IMG/VR virus record: IMGVR_UViG_3300009503_000955
Length of the DNA: 64,000 nt
DNA from: an uncultured virus (IMG/VR IMGVR_UViG_3300009503_000955)
Taxonomy: Duplodnaviria > Heunggongvirae > Uroviricota > Caudoviricetes
Direction: 5' to 3' (one strand)
Under the pieces are notes generated by a model. The model saw only the letters and a list, made by a program, of their open reading frames with translations. It was not told where the DNA came from and did no database searches. A program made the position numbers and the translations under genes. This document shows positions 30,872 to 40,738 of the stretch, one piece after another. Each line of letters begins with the position of its first letter. Position 1 is the first letter of the stretch.

Positions 30872-32623
30872 ATGGCTACACAATTTGATACAACTTATGG
30901 TATAAAATGTAATGGTGAAAATATAGCTGGTCAGATAGTACAAGGGAATCAGGTTTATTCTCTTTCCTTTAGAGTTATAAATGAAAATGTTGGTGATCAA
31001 TATTGGTTATTTATGAAATCTGGTAATGATGATTGGAAATCTATTACCATATCTGAAGGATTACCATACCCATCTGGTGGAGGAACTGGTGGAACTAAAA
31101 CTTATACAGTTAATTGGAGGGTTCCTCCATTATTAAATTCTTCTTGTACAATAAAAATAACAAAAGTAACTGGTGGTGAATTAGTTTCAGGAACATTTGC
31201 AGTACATTGGTATACAGAATTTCAAAGCGAACCTATTTATATTAACGGAATTGCAGGTAGTACAGTAAATGGTAAAACTTTTAGTGGTGATATTACAATT
31301 TCGTTTTATTTAACACATGAAAGTGGAGACCATTTTGATGGTTATTTAAATACACATGGAGAAGAGTTTACAGTATATTATGAAGATATGAATGAAGGTA
31401 TATGGAGAAAATGTACTTTAAAAGATGTATCTAATCCTATTATAGGGTTAGGTGGAACTTTTTCTCCAAGAGGTTATAGTGTAGTTTGGAGAAGTAGTTT
31501 AGATGTTTCTTCTGATATAGGAAATTGTAGAATAAAAATTTGGCTTAAGACATATAATTGGGGAGCAATGACTTCAAATTTTCATCTTCTAGATTCTCCA
31601 TTACCACCTTCTGAAGAGGAAGAAGGAAATTATTTTGAAATTTATTCTTCTGCACCACAGAGTTACGTAAGAATTCTTTCTCCAAATGGTAATGAAAAAA
31701 TTATTAAACAAAGTAATTATAATATTACTTGGGAATCATCTTCAAATGTACACCATTTTGCTTTAATGTATTCTAATAATGGTGGTGTTAATTGGAATAA
31801 TATAAATAGTAATGTTAATGGTAGTTTAAGACAGTATAGTTGGACAACTCCAGATGTTATCAGTAGTATTTGTTTAATAAAAATAATTGCATATGATCCT
31901 GATGGGAATATACTTAGTGAAGATATATCTGATTATTTCTTTAGTATTTATAATTCACTATATCAGATTAATTTAGTTTATCCAAATGGTGGTGAAAAGT
32001 TTTATTATGGTAATATAGAAAATATTACCTTTACAAATATAGGAAATTATCAATGTTATAAATATAAACTTTTATATTCAGTAGATAATGGTAGAACTTG
32101 GAATGAAATTGTTACTACACAATCATATTTATATTCTTGGCAAGTTCCAGTTTTGACACAGGAGACAAATAAAGGAATAGTAAGAGTTTTAGGATTATCT
32201 TCCAATAATACAACTTTAGCTGATGATATTTGTAATAATTACATTTCTATACTTCCTTTTATAATAAATATAGTAAGTCCAAAAGAAAATTCTATATTAA
32301 ATCCTAAAACAAAAACGTATATAAAATGGGTAAAAGTTGAAAATAAAACATTTAAATGTTTTAGTATTTACCTTTCTACTAACGGTAAAGATTTTACAAA
32401 GATATTTGATTATATAAACCCAAATTTAAATAAAATTCCTTGGAAAGTATATGATACTGAAACAAATAATGCAGTATTATCAGTACAAGCAATGACTGAT
32501 ACAAATAAAGTTATGGGTAGAGGTATAGTAAATTTTAAAATAAGAAAATTAACAATTTTAAAAGATACGGCTAAGCATATTTATACAAAAGTACAAAATA
32601 TAAGAAAAATTTTTATAAAATAA
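30872..32623 (+). CDS. Ig-like (SPNGGE repeat) virion protein
   Basis: Same repeat family as the upstream gene (SPNGNE, YPNGGE, SPKENS). Confidence 0.75.
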   Translation: MATQFDTTYGIKCNGENIAGQIVQGNQVYSLSFRVINENVGDQYWLFMKSGNDDWKSITISEGLPYPSGGGTGGTKTYTVNWRVPPLLNSSCTIKITKVTGGELVSGTFAVHWYTEFQSEPIYINGIAGSTVNGKTFSGDITISFYLTHESGDHFDGYLNTHGEEFTVYYEDMNEGIWRKCTLKDVSNPIIGLGGTFSPRGYSVVWRSSLDVSSDIGNCRIKIWLKTYNWGAMTSNFHLLDSPLPPSEEEEGNYFEIYSSAPQSYVRILSPNGNEKIIKQSNYNITWESSSNVHHFALMYSNNGGVNWNNINSNVNGSLRQYSWTTPDVISSICLIKIIAYDPDGNILSEDISDYFFSIYNSLYQINLVYPNGGEKFYYGNIENITFTNIGNYQCYKYKLLYSVDNGRTWNEIVTTQSYLYSWQVPVLTQETNKGIVRVLGLSSNNTTLADDICNNYISILPFIINIVSPKENSILNPKTKTYIKWVKVENKTFKCFSIYLSTNGKDFTKIFDYINPNLNKIPWKVYDTETNNAVLSVQAMTDTNKVMGRGIVNFKIRKLTILKDTAKHIYTKVQNIRKIFIK

Positions 32624-32638
32624 AAAGGAGGTGTAAAT

Positions 32639-35600
32639 ATGAAGTTTCTTAAGTATAGTTTAATTATTTACTTTCTTATAGTAATAAATAACATATTTTC
32701 TTCTACTATAAGGAGCAATTTAGAAGTAGATGGGGATATATCTACTAAGAAGAATTTATATTTAAATAGTGATGGAACTACTTCTGAAACTGCTATAATC
32801 CAAGTAACTAATCAGTATAATGCACCGAAGATAAGATGGAATGGTAGTTTAGGTGTTTGGCAGTGTACTAGTAATGGAACAATTTGGAACAATTTTGGTT
32901 TACCTTTAGGGACAAGTGGACAAACACTTCGTTATGATGGAACTAATTGGATAGCAAATAGTATTCTTTTTAATAATGGTGTTAATGTTGGAGTTAATAC
33001 AAGTAATCCATCAGAAAAATTAGATGTCAATGGAAATATAAAATGTGATACTGTAAGAGTAGATTTTATTTCTGATAAAAACGGAGACAATACGAGTAGT
33101 CCAACACAAATAGCAAGTGCTATTTCTAATTCTCATTCGTCTTATTTAATAGGAACAAAGTTAATAGATGAAACTGGAATAGATACAGGGAAAGTTTTAA
33201 AGTTTGATAGTACTGAAAATAAATGGAAAATGATGCCTGATGTTGGAGGTGAACCTTATGGTAGTTCTAAAACAATTCAATATAATGATAATGGAAAATT
33301 TGGTGGAGATGATAATTTAACTTGGGATAGTAGTATAGCAGAGTTAAGAATAAAAAATACAAATGTAAGTAGTAAACCACAAATTATTCTTAAAGATGAA
33401 ACAGAAGGTAATCCATATCCAAATAGTTATGGGCAGGTGGTTCAAAATAATGAAGATTTAAACATTTATTCAAGTGATGGTGGCATATTGTTTATACCTA
33501 ATTCAAATTATAAAGTTAGAGTAGAAAGTGCTTTAAGGGTTGACCGTCAAATAGAACAAGACCAAGTTGGATATTACAATTTATTTAGGTCTCCATTAGG
33601 AGTTGGAAACAAATTTGCATCAGATTTTTCAGTTTATCCTGTAGAAGTTCTTGAAGTAGATGGAAATGTTCAATGTGATACTGTCAAGATAGATTTCATT
33701 TCTGACAAAAATGGTGATAATACATCCAGTCCTACCCAAATCGTTAATGCTATTTCTAATTCTCATTCGTCTTATTTAATAGGAACAAAGTTAATAGATG
33801 AAACTGGAATAGATACTGGGCTAATTTTAAAATACAATTCAGTAGAAGGTAAATGGAAAATAGGAAATGATTTAGTTGGTATTACAGAAGAAACTGACCC
33901 TATTTTTTCTGCTTGGGATAAATCTACAGGTATTACTATAGGAATAAACCAAGTTACCAATTTACAAGCTGAACTTGATGGAAAAGTAGATAGTGATAGT
34001 CAAACTTATCAAGATGTTGTTTCAAATTCTCATTCTTCTTATCAAATAGGAACAAAACTGATTGATGAAACTGGGATAGATACAGGAAAAGTTTTAAAGT
34101 TTGATAGTACTGAAAATAAATGGAAGATAGGAAATGATTTAGAAGGTGCTTATACATTTTTAGAATTAACTGATACACCATCATCTTATACTGGACAATC
34201 AAATAAAGTTCCTATTGTAAAATCAACAGAAGATAGTTTAGAATTTAGTTTAATTTCAACAAATAATATTGCTGATAATTCTATTACGGAAACTAAACTT
34301 CAAGATAATTCTGTAACAACTTCTAAAATACAAGATGGTGCAGTTACAGAAACGGATATATCTGATAATGCAGTTACTACTAATAAAATTCAGAATAATG
34401 CTGTTACATTAGAAAAACTTGCTGTAAATAGTGTTAATAGTTCAAAAATAGTTGATGGGACAATTGTAGATACTGATATAAATTCAAATGCAAGTATTTC
34501 CTTAACAAAACTTGAAAGGTATCCTTTTACAACACAAGATATTCAAGATAGTGCTATTACTTCAATAAAAATTGCAGATGGAGCAGTTACCGAAACTGAT
34601 ATTGCTAATAATTCAGTAAGTTCGTCAAAAATAATAGATGGTGCAGTAGGAACTGATGATTTAGGTGATAATGTAGTAACTTCATCTAAAATACAAGATT
34701 ATACTATTACAGAGACAGATATAAGTGATTCTGCTAAAATTCTCAAAACTAATGAACCTTTAACTTTGCCAACAATATTAGGTAATTCAGGGAAGTTTTT
34801 AAAGACAGATGGAAGTGGTTTGATATGGGATGTTCCTGCTGGTGATATTACTGGTTCAGGAACTGCAGGTAAATTAGTAAAATTCACAGATACAAAAGTA
34901 ATTGGTGATGCAACTAATACAGATACAGAAGTGTCTGATGCAGTTAGTAAAGCGCATACACAGAATACTGACACAATTTTAACAACAGATGGTTCAACAC
35001 AACTCATAAATGCTGGAACTTTAAAATCAAATTTAGCAGTAGATACTGGAATAACAATAGATGGAATTGATATTTCCGATAAGATTGACCAAGCAGTTAA
35101 AACAACAAGTAGTCCAACTTTCCAGTTAGTTAATACAGCTTCTGGGTCTAATACTGGAATACTTTTAGGTAGTTTAGTAAACTCTTACGGTGGACGGTTA
35201 ATTCGTTATTCTGACCAGAGTATACTTTTAGGTCTTACTGGTAATACTTCATCATATCATTTTTTAATTACGCAAAGTGATGGAACAAATATTATGTGTT
35301 TTAACGGTGATGGAAATATAGGTATTGGAACAAGTGTTTTAGGAACTTCTGCTTACAGAGTTTTAGGTTTTATTAATGGAACAGCACCATCTACTTCACC
35401 AGCAGATACAGTCCAGTTATATGCCAACGACGCTACAGCAGGAAAATCTGTTTTACATATAAGAAATGAAGATGGAACGGTATATAATACTTGGATGTCA
35501 GGAGCAAGGGCATATAGGTCATTAGGTGCTAGTGTCCAGACAATTCCTACTGGAACTTGGACGATAGTTCAGTTTAATGCTGAAACTTTTGATATACAAA

Positions 35601-35917
35601 ACGAATATGATAACACAACTAATTTTAGATTTACAGCAACGAAAGCAGGATATTATCAAGTTAATGCAAGTGTTATGTGGTCATCTTGGAATACAAGCAG
35701 TGTTTTTTATGTTTCTATTTATAAAAATGCAGCTGAATATGCAAGAAATTACTTTGTAGCACCTTCAGCCAGTGGTGGAAGTGTCCCAGTTTCAGATATT
35801 GTTTATTTATCTACGGGTGATTATATAGATGTTAGAGTATATCAAAATACAGGTGTAGATAAAACAATAGAACCAGGAAATGCCTATACTTATTTCTCAA
35901 TTATAAAGGTCTTCTAA
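32639..35917 (+). CDS. Tail fibre-like protein with signal peptide, internal duplications, 10-aa V(T/S)xxKIxDxA repeats and C-terminal C1q-like head
   Basis: GTSGQTLRYDGTNW, NVGVNTSNPSEKLDVNG, FLELTDTPSSY and C1q-like FTATKAGYYQV..YLSTGDYIDV. N-terminus MKFLKYSLIIYFLIVINNIFS. Confidence 0.8.
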   Translation: MKFLKYSLIIYFLIVINNIFSSTIRSNLEVDGDISTKKNLYLNSDGTTSETAIIQVTNQYNAPKIRWNGSLGVWQCTSNGTIWNNFGLPLGTSGQTLRYDGTNWIANSILFNNGVNVGVNTSNPSEKLDVNGNIKCDTVRVDFISDKNGDNTSSPTQIASAISNSHSSYLIGTKLIDETGIDTGKVLKFDSTENKWKMMPDVGGEPYGSSKTIQYNDNGKFGGDDNLTWDSSIAELRIKNTNVSSKPQIILKDETEGNPYPNSYGQVVQNNEDLNIYSSDGGILFIPNSNYKVRVESALRVDRQIEQDQVGYYNLFRSPLGVGNKFASDFSVYPVEVLEVDGNVQCDTVKIDFISDKNGDNTSSPTQIVNAISNSHSSYLIGTKLIDETGIDTGLILKYNSVEGKWKIGNDLVGITEETDPIFSAWDKSTGITIGINQVTNLQAELDGKVDSDSQTYQDVVSNSHSSYQIGTKLIDETGIDTGKVLKFDSTENKWKIGNDLEGAYTFLELTDTPSSYTGQSNKVPIVKSTEDSLEFSLISTNNIADNSITETKLQDNSVTTSKIQDGAVTETDISDNAVTTNKIQNNAVTLEKLAVNSVNSSKIVDGTIVDTDINSNASISLTKLERYPFTTQDIQDSAITSIKIADGAVTETDIANNSVSSSKIIDGAVGTDDLGDNVVTSSKIQDYTITETDISDSAKILKTNEPLTLPTILGNSGKFLKTDGSGLIWDVPAGDITGSGTAGKLVKFTDTKVIGDATNTDTEVSDAVSKAHTQNTDTILTTDGSTQLINAGTLKSNLAVDTGITIDGIDISDKIDQAVKTTSSPTFQLVNTASGSNTGILLGSLVNSYGGRLIRYSDQSILLGLTGNTSSYHFLITQSDGTNIMCFNGDGNIGIGTSVLGTSAYRVLGFINGTAPSTSPADTVQLYANDATAGKSVLHIRNEDGTVYNTWMSGARAYRSLGASVQTIPTGTWTIVQFNAETFDIQNEYDNTTNFRFTATKAGYYQVNASVMWSSWNTSSVFYVSIYKNAAEYARNYFVAPSASGGSVPVSDIVYLSTGDYIDVRVYQNTGVDKTIEPGNAYTYFSIIKVF
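33020..34145 (+). repeat. Three internal copies of an SNSHSSYxIGTKLIDETGIDTG..KWK module
   Basis: Copies near 33121, 33751 and 34021. The first two are identical over about 66 bp. Confidence 0.85.
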
Positions 35918-35970
35918 AATGAAAAAACTATATCTTTTAACAGATGAGGAATTAATATTTAAAAAACTTT

Positions 35971-36008
35971 GAAACTTTTTATGTTTCCGGAGCATCTAAA
36001 TATATAGA
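35971..36008 (+). promoter_or_regulatory. ECF-sigma-like promoter motif copy 2
   Basis: GAAACTTTTT-ATGTTTCC-GGAGCATCTAAATATATAGA before the amidase. Confidence 0.8.
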
Positions 36009-36022
36009 AAGGAGAAAGTAAA

Positions 36023-36541
36023 ATGGAAAAATGGACAAATGTAGTTATACATCACTCTGCATCTGAGTTTGGATGTAGAGAAGTAATAAAACAGTGGCAT
36101 TTGCAGAGAGGATGGAGAGATATTGGATACCATTTTGTTATAGGTAATGGTTTTCCTACATCTGAATGGAAAAAACCCTTAAAACCATTTATAGGTTCTA
36201 TAGAAATAGGTAGATTAATAAATGATGATACTTGGGCACAAGATGTGGAAATAGGTGCCCATTGTCTTGGCTTTAATAAGAATTCTATAGGTATATGTTT
36301 AATTCATTTAACTAAATTTTATATTGAACAAATTTTTACTCTTTTTACATTATGTCAATTTTTATCAGAACTATACCAAATTCCTTACGATAACTTTTTT
36401 GGACATTATGAATTAGATGTTAAAAAACCAGATTGTCCTGGTTTTGATATGAAATTGTTTAGAGAAGCTTTAAAAAATCAGAATATTAAACATAAATTTA
36501 TAGAATCTTTAGTAACACAAAATAAATTAAAAACAGAATAA
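36023..36541 (+). CDS. N-acetylmuramoyl-L-alanine amidase (Amidase_2, T7 lysozyme-like endolysin)
   Basis: VIHHSA, WHLQRGWRDIGYHFVI, GAHC..N..SIGICL, GHYE and K.DCPG zinc ligands. Confidence 0.95.
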   Translation: MEKWTNVVIHHSASEFGCREVIKQWHLQRGWRDIGYHFVIGNGFPTSEWKKPLKPFIGSIEIGRLINDDTWAQDVEIGAHCLGFNKNSIGICLIHLTKFYIEQIFTLFTLCQFLSELYQIPYDNFFGHYELDVKKPDCPGFDMKLFREALKNQNIKHKFIESLVTQNKLKTE

Positions 36542-36547
36542 TAGAAT

Positions 36548-36631
36548 ATGCTTAAAATAATTTTAACATTACTTATATTATTTGTTGGTTTTTTATTAGT
36601 AACTGAAATTATTGATATGTTTAAGAGTTAA
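36548..36631 (+). CDS. 27-aa single-TM peptide (not in the ORF track)
   Basis: MLKIILTLLILFVGFLLVTEIIDMFKS fills the gap after the amidase. SD is weak. Confidence 0.4.
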   Translation: MLKIILTLLILFVGFLLVTEIIDMFKS

Positions 36632-36643
36632 AAAAAGGAAAAT

Positions 36644-37039
36644 ATGAAAAAAGTATTATTGATATTTGTTTTACTAATTACATTTCAACTTTTAGTATAC
36701 ATACATTTTTTATGGCAAAGAAGAAAATTAGATGTGCATTATGAACAGATAGATAGGATTTCTTTTTGCTCACTAAGAGAGTTTTCTGGAAGAACTACAT
36801 TAGGAACTTATGCTTGTGAAAATACAGTTGCTGTTTCTCGTGATTTAAAACAATACTTGGGATATATGGTAAGAATACATAATAATGATTATTTTGTTTC
36901 TGATTTAACACATAAGAGATTTAATAAAACTATAGATATTTATGTAGATTTATCTAAAAAAGATGCTATGAAATTAGGTATAATAGAAGGTCCAACAACA
37001 GTAAAGTTTTACAAAACGTGGGAAATGGTAAAGGATTAA
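36644..37039 (+). CDS. Membrane-anchored 3D-domain (MltA-like) protein
   Basis: N-terminal TM and TVAVSRD..G..V.I....Y.V.D..TIDIY..A..LG. Confidence 0.7.
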   Translation: MKKVLLIFVLLITFQLLVYIHFLWQRRKLDVHYEQIDRISFCSLREFSGRTTLGTYACENTVAVSRDLKQYLGYMVRIHNNDYFVSDLTHKRFNKTIDIYVDLSKKDAMKLGIIEGPTTVKFYKTWEMVKD

Positions 37040-37044
37040 ATAAA

Positions 37045-37515
37045 ATGTTTAAAAAGAAAAGACGAAATAATAATAGTAAAAAGAATAATAATTATTATGA
37101 TAAAGCGTTTAATTTATTGTTAGAATTAGAATATATATTTCCTACTGATGATAAAGATAGAATATTAGGTATTTCTAAAAGTTTCTTTCCAAAACAGTTT
37201 GAAGAAATTAAAAATAAATCTAGCTATAAAGAAAAGAAAGAATATTCTAAGAAGTTTTGTAAAGAAAACATATGGGATGTTTTAGATTGTGATAAATTAA
37301 AATGTCCTTTGAATATTGTTATATTTGATTTAGCTATTGATGTAGGTATAAGGCGCACTAAGAATTTATTAAAAATTACAACAGATTATACTGAAGTTTT
37401 ATTACATAGAATTGAATTTTATTTATATACTATAAGAGATTTTAAAGTTTTACATACATGTATTGAGAGGATAATTGAATTGTGGAAAATATGTAAAGAC
37501 TTGGAAAAAATATAA
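37045..37515 (+). CDS. Glycoside hydrolase family 108-like protein, possibly degenerate
   Basis: IWD..CDKL..PLNIVIFDLAIDVG matches the GH108 core, but the usual EGGY motif reads LEYI. Confidence 0.6.
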   Translation: MFKKKRRNNNSKKNNNYYDKAFNLLLELEYIFPTDDKDRILGISKSFFPKQFEEIKNKSSYKEKKEYSKKFCKENIWDVLDCDKLKCPLNIVIFDLAIDVGIRRTKNLLKITTDYTEVLLHRIEFYLYTIRDFKVLHTCIERIIELWKICKDLEKI

Positions 37516-37528
37516 AAATAAAAATTTT

Positions 37529-37566
37529 GAAACTTTTTACCTGTCCGGAGCATCTAAATATATAGA
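37529..37566 (+). promoter_or_regulatory. ECF-sigma-like promoter motif copy 3
   Basis: GAAACTTTTT-ACCTGTCC-GGAGCATCTAAATATATAGA followed almost directly by ATG 37568. Confidence 0.8.
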
Positions 37567-37567
37567 A

Positions 37568-37831
37568 ATGGAAGAAGAAAAAAAGTATTTTATTTCTGTA
37601 GTTGAAGAATTTGTGCTTAATCCTGACTTTTATGGGTTTCGTGGAGGTCGGATTGAAATTTATGATGGAAATAATAAATATGCGATTTGGGAATTTAGGA
37701 TATTTCTTCCAGAAAGAATTTTTGAAAAAGTAAGAGAAGCATTTGATTTTGAAGAAATGTCTGAAAAAGAATTAAAAAATAGTTTTATCGAATTTGATGG
37801 GGAAAAAGTTTTAAGAAATAGTAAAGAATAA
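37568..37831 (+). CDS. Hypothetical protein, probably leaderless
   Basis: In-frame ATG right after the promoter motif with no SD. The upstream TTG start would read through the promoter. Confidence 0.65.
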   Translation: MEEEKKYFISVVEEFVLNPDFYGFRGGRIEIYDGNNKYAIWEFRIFLPERIFEKVREAFDFEEMSEKELKNSFIEFDGEKVLRNSKE

Positions 37832-37850
37832 AGGAGGTGAGAATAAAGAA

Positions 37851-38261
37851 ATGAAGAAAATATTGTTTATTTTATTTATTTTTGCTATTTTTTCTAGCTT
37901 TATTTATGCAGATCCACTAACTGACTTCTTTAAAGAAACTGTTTCTTATATACAGAAGAATGGAGTTAGTGGTGGAATGGTTTATGATGCACAAGAAGGG
38001 TATTTAGGGACAATAAATCTCCAGCTTGCACAAAGTAAACATAACTGGTTGCATTTCGGAGTAAACGCCGGATTAGATAATGATGTAAGTTTAGGACTAT
38101 ATGCTACAGTTAATGGAACTAAACTCTTAGATAGAATTTTAGGAAAGGAATTGCAGTATGTTAAATTTTTTGAAGTAGGCTACTCTGGATTAATACAATT
38201 AACTGGAGAAAGTGAAATATATAATGGTCCTTTTGTAATATTCTTAAAGAAAGATTTTTAA
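37851..38261 (+). CDS. Exported beta-strand protein, possible outer-membrane protein
   Basis: Signal peptide MKKILFILFIFAIFSSFIYA|D, amphipathic strands, terminal Phe. Confidence 0.6.
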   Translation: MKKILFILFIFAIFSSFIYADPLTDFFKETVSYIQKNGVSGGMVYDAQEGYLGTINLQLAQSKHNWLHFGVNAGLDNDVSLGLYATVNGTKLLDRILGKELQYVKFFEVGYSGLIQLTGESEIYNGPFVIFLKKDF

Positions 38262-38298
38262 TAGGGAAGTGAATTTAATATATAAAAATTGACTAAAA

Positions 38299-38391
38299 AT
38301 GCCCCTATTCTAAAAGCTTTAGTGGTAGGTATTACAAAAGGCGATACCAATATAAAGACCTCTCATGAAAGCCTCTTTAGGGTAGGGGCAT
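38299..38391 (+). ncRNA. Intergenic long stem-loop, candidate structured RNA
   Basis: ATGCCCCTATTCTAAA (38299-38314) pairs with TTTAGGGTAGGGGCAT (38376-38391), 16 bp with two U-G wobbles. Inner stems GCTTT/AAAGC and GGTATT/GATACC. Confidence 0.5.
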
Positions 38392-38404
38392 AACTAAAAA
38401 TATT

Positions 38405-39016
38405 ATGAAAAACTTAAAATTAAGTAAATGGAATGAAAATAAATTTGATGTAAAAATATTACCTTACGATATTATAGCTTTCCTGCCAAAATCGTTTTGT
38501 CAAAAATTTATATCATTTTTTTCAGGATTATTCTGTCATGTTGGTTTTATAGAGTATGGATACAATTTAAAAAACTTATTACAAAAAATAGACTTTCCAG
38601 AAAAATTACTTCCACAATCAGATAAAATATATGTTATATCCGCTTCTATTAAATATAGAGGTGTATTTTTTGAAGACTTTAATAGTATAAAGAATAAATA
38701 CGGTGGATATTATATATTTAGAGTACGAAATATAACAGATTTAGAAAGGCATTTATTAAGGATTTATGCAATAACATCAATTGGAAAATTTTATGATGTT
38801 TTTCAATTAGGAAGAATATTTTTAAATTTACTTTTTAGAATTGGTATTACAATCTCTTTTAGAAAAGAATTTGGTGGATTAATTTGTTCAGAATTTGTTA
38901 GTATACCTTTATCTTTTATTTTAGGACTAGAATTTGAGAAAAAATTAAAATATAATACTCCTGATGATGTAGTTACACATGAAAAAATAGATTTTTTGAA
39001 AGAGGGGGTGTTTTAA
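38405..39016 (+). CDS. Permuted papain-like NlpC/P60 amidase (YiiX/YebB-like)
   Basis: FCHVG (His), IGKFYD and LICSEFV (Cys) in permuted order. Confidence 0.8.
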   Translation: MKNLKLSKWNENKFDVKILPYDIIAFLPKSFCQKFISFFSGLFCHVGFIEYGYNLKNLLQKIDFPEKLLPQSDKIYVISASIKYRGVFFEDFNSIKNKYGGYYIFRVRNITDLERHLLRIYAITSIGKFYDVFQLGRIFLNLLFRIGITISFRKEFGGLICSEFVSIPLSFILGLEFEKKLKYNTPDDVVTHEKIDFLKEGVF

Positions 39017-39237
39017 TGCAAGAGTTTTTAGTAAGCTTTCCTGTAATTACTCCTTATTATATTGATACTTATATTGTATCTAATGGAAAAGAAAAAAAGT
39101 ATAGGTTTTATATTTCTGATTATATTTATGATAAGTTTTTTAAATATATGAAAAAACAAAAGAATAAAGGTAGATTACTTTCTTTTTTAAGAAAGAATTC
39201 TTATAAATATGAAGATATAACAAATATGAAAATATAA
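39016..39237 (+). CDS. Hypothetical protein
   Basis: TAATG coupling with the upstream gene. Confidence 0.65.
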   Translation: MQEFLVSFPVITPYYIDTYIVSNGKEKKYRFYISDYIYDKFFKYMKKQKNKGRLLSFLRKNSYKYEDITNMKI

Positions 39238-39259
39238 AATAAGTAATAAGGAGGAAAAT

Positions 39260-39478
39260 ATGGAAAAGTTCAATATTGAAGAAGCGAAAGTGATAATAGA
39301 AATAAAATATAATGGTAAATGGCATGGGTTAAAGGAAGTTTTACATAAAGCAGATTTCCAATCTTTTAAAGAAAAATTCAAATATCCCGCATCAATTCTC
39401 TTAATGGAGAGTGCAATAAGATTAATAAATGTTTTATTTGAAAGGGGGAAAAATGAAACTAGAGATAAAAGATTATAA
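39260..39478 (+). CDS. Hypothetical protein
   Basis: AGGAGG SD. Confidence 0.65.
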   Translation: MEKFNIEEAKVIIEIKYNGKWHGLKEVLHKADFQSFKEKFKYPASILLMESAIRLINVLFERGKNETRDKRL

Positions 39479-39698
39479 AGATGAAATGAGAAGTAGAGTA
39501 TCAGGACCAAAATATAAGGGATTTATTGTAAATAATAAATTTACAATTGAATTTAATTCTTTAACAAATGAATGGCTTGTAGAAAAAATAGATAAGCCTT
39601 GGGATGCATATTACTGTAAAAGTAAAAGGGATGCTTTAAAATTAGTTAGTTTTCTATTGAAAAAAGAAAGTAATAAAAACAAAAAGGGGGAAAAATGA
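39453..39698 (+). CDS. Hypothetical protein
   Basis: GGGGG SD before ATG 39453. Confidence 0.6.
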   Translation: MKLEIKDYKDEMRSRVSGPKYKGFIVNNKFTIEFNSLTNEWLVEKIDKPWDAYYCKSKRDALKLVSFLLKKESNKNKKGEK

Positions 39699-39997
39699 AA
39701 GTTAAAATGATTTTAGAAACTGAATATGGTTGTATAGGAGTTTATACTTATGGATATGTTGTATGTGATAGAGTAGACCTTGGCAAAAAAGGAGAAACAA
39801 AGTTAATAAGACCACGATATTTTTCTTTGTTAAAAAACGCTATTGAAGAACTAAGAGAAGTATTTTTAGCAAAGAAATTAACAGAAAAAGGACCTGCAAA
39901 AACTTTATTAGAGTTAATGGAAAGAATTGAAAGAATAAATAATGAATGGAAAAAATTTTATGATAAATATGGGATGGGAATGGAAATGAAACAGTAA
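39695..39997 (+). CDS. Hypothetical protein
   Basis: ATGA overlap and SD. Confidence 0.65.
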   Translation: MKVKMILETEYGCIGVYTYGYVVCDRVDLGKKGETKLIRPRYFSLLKNAIEELREVFLAKKLTEKGPAKTLLELMERIERINNEWKKFYDKYGMGMEMKQ

Positions 39998-40008
39998 CAA
40001 GGAGTACA

Positions 40009-40236
40009 ATGGGTAATTTAAAATGGTCAAATGAAGAAGTAAAATTGTTGAAAAAGATATATCCAAAATACATCACTGGAGAAATAACAAAAGAAGAAAT
40101 GGTTTCTATTTTCAAATACAGAACATTCACATCAATTAAATCAAAAGCTATATATTTAGGTTTATCTAATTACAAACCACCTGATTCGATAAATAGAAAA
40201 TTTTTATCACAATTAAGAAAAAGAATTAAGATTTAA
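40009..40236 (+). CDS. Small Myb/homeodomain-like HTH protein
   Basis: WSNEEVKLLKK.Y...RT..SIKSKA..LGL. Confidence 0.65.
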   Translation: MGNLKWSNEEVKLLKKIYPKYITGEITKEEMVSIFKYRTFTSIKSKAIYLGLSNYKPPDSINRKFLSQLRKRIKI

Positions 40237-40245
40237 TTTTGAAAA

Positions 40246-40737
40246 ATGAATATAAAAAGTCCAGATTTTTATTATACTAATGAGCAAATGGTTAAAGATT
40301 TATTAGCAATTACACCGATAGAAGCTAATGATAGTGTTTTAGATGCAGGTAGTGGTAAAAATAAAGTATGGTATAAAAATATACAAAATAAAGAAAAATA
40401 TGAATGTGAATTAGAAGAAGGATATGATTTTTTTAAATGGAATATAAAAGTTGACTGGGTTATAGGAAATCCACCATTTCAGGAAAATGGGAAAAACATA
40501 GTTCCATTATGGTTGGAAAAAGCATCAGAAATAGCAAATAAAGGAATGGCTTTTTTAATAAATCATAAAATATTTAATTTCTTAACACCTCGTAGGTTAG
40601 AAAATTTAAAACAAAAAGGGTTTTATTTAGAGAGAATTCATATTGTATCAGATAGAAGATGGTTTGGAAGATATTATTATTTAGTATTTACAAAAAAACC
40701 TAATACATTTCTGTCTTGGAATTTAAAAACATATTAA
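40246..40737 (+). CDS. Small amino (probably N6-adenine) DNA methyltransferase, gamma-like order
   Basis: Motif I VLDAGSGK precedes motif IV VIGNPPF. Confidence 0.85.
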   Translation: MNIKSPDFYYTNEQMVKDLLAITPIEANDSVLDAGSGKNKVWYKNIQNKEKYECELEEGYDFFKWNIKVDWVIGNPPFQENGKNIVPLWLEKASEIANKGMAFLINHKIFNFLTPRRLENLKQKGFYLERIHIVSDRRWFGRYYYLVFTKKPNTFLSWNLKTY

Positions 40738-40738
40738 T

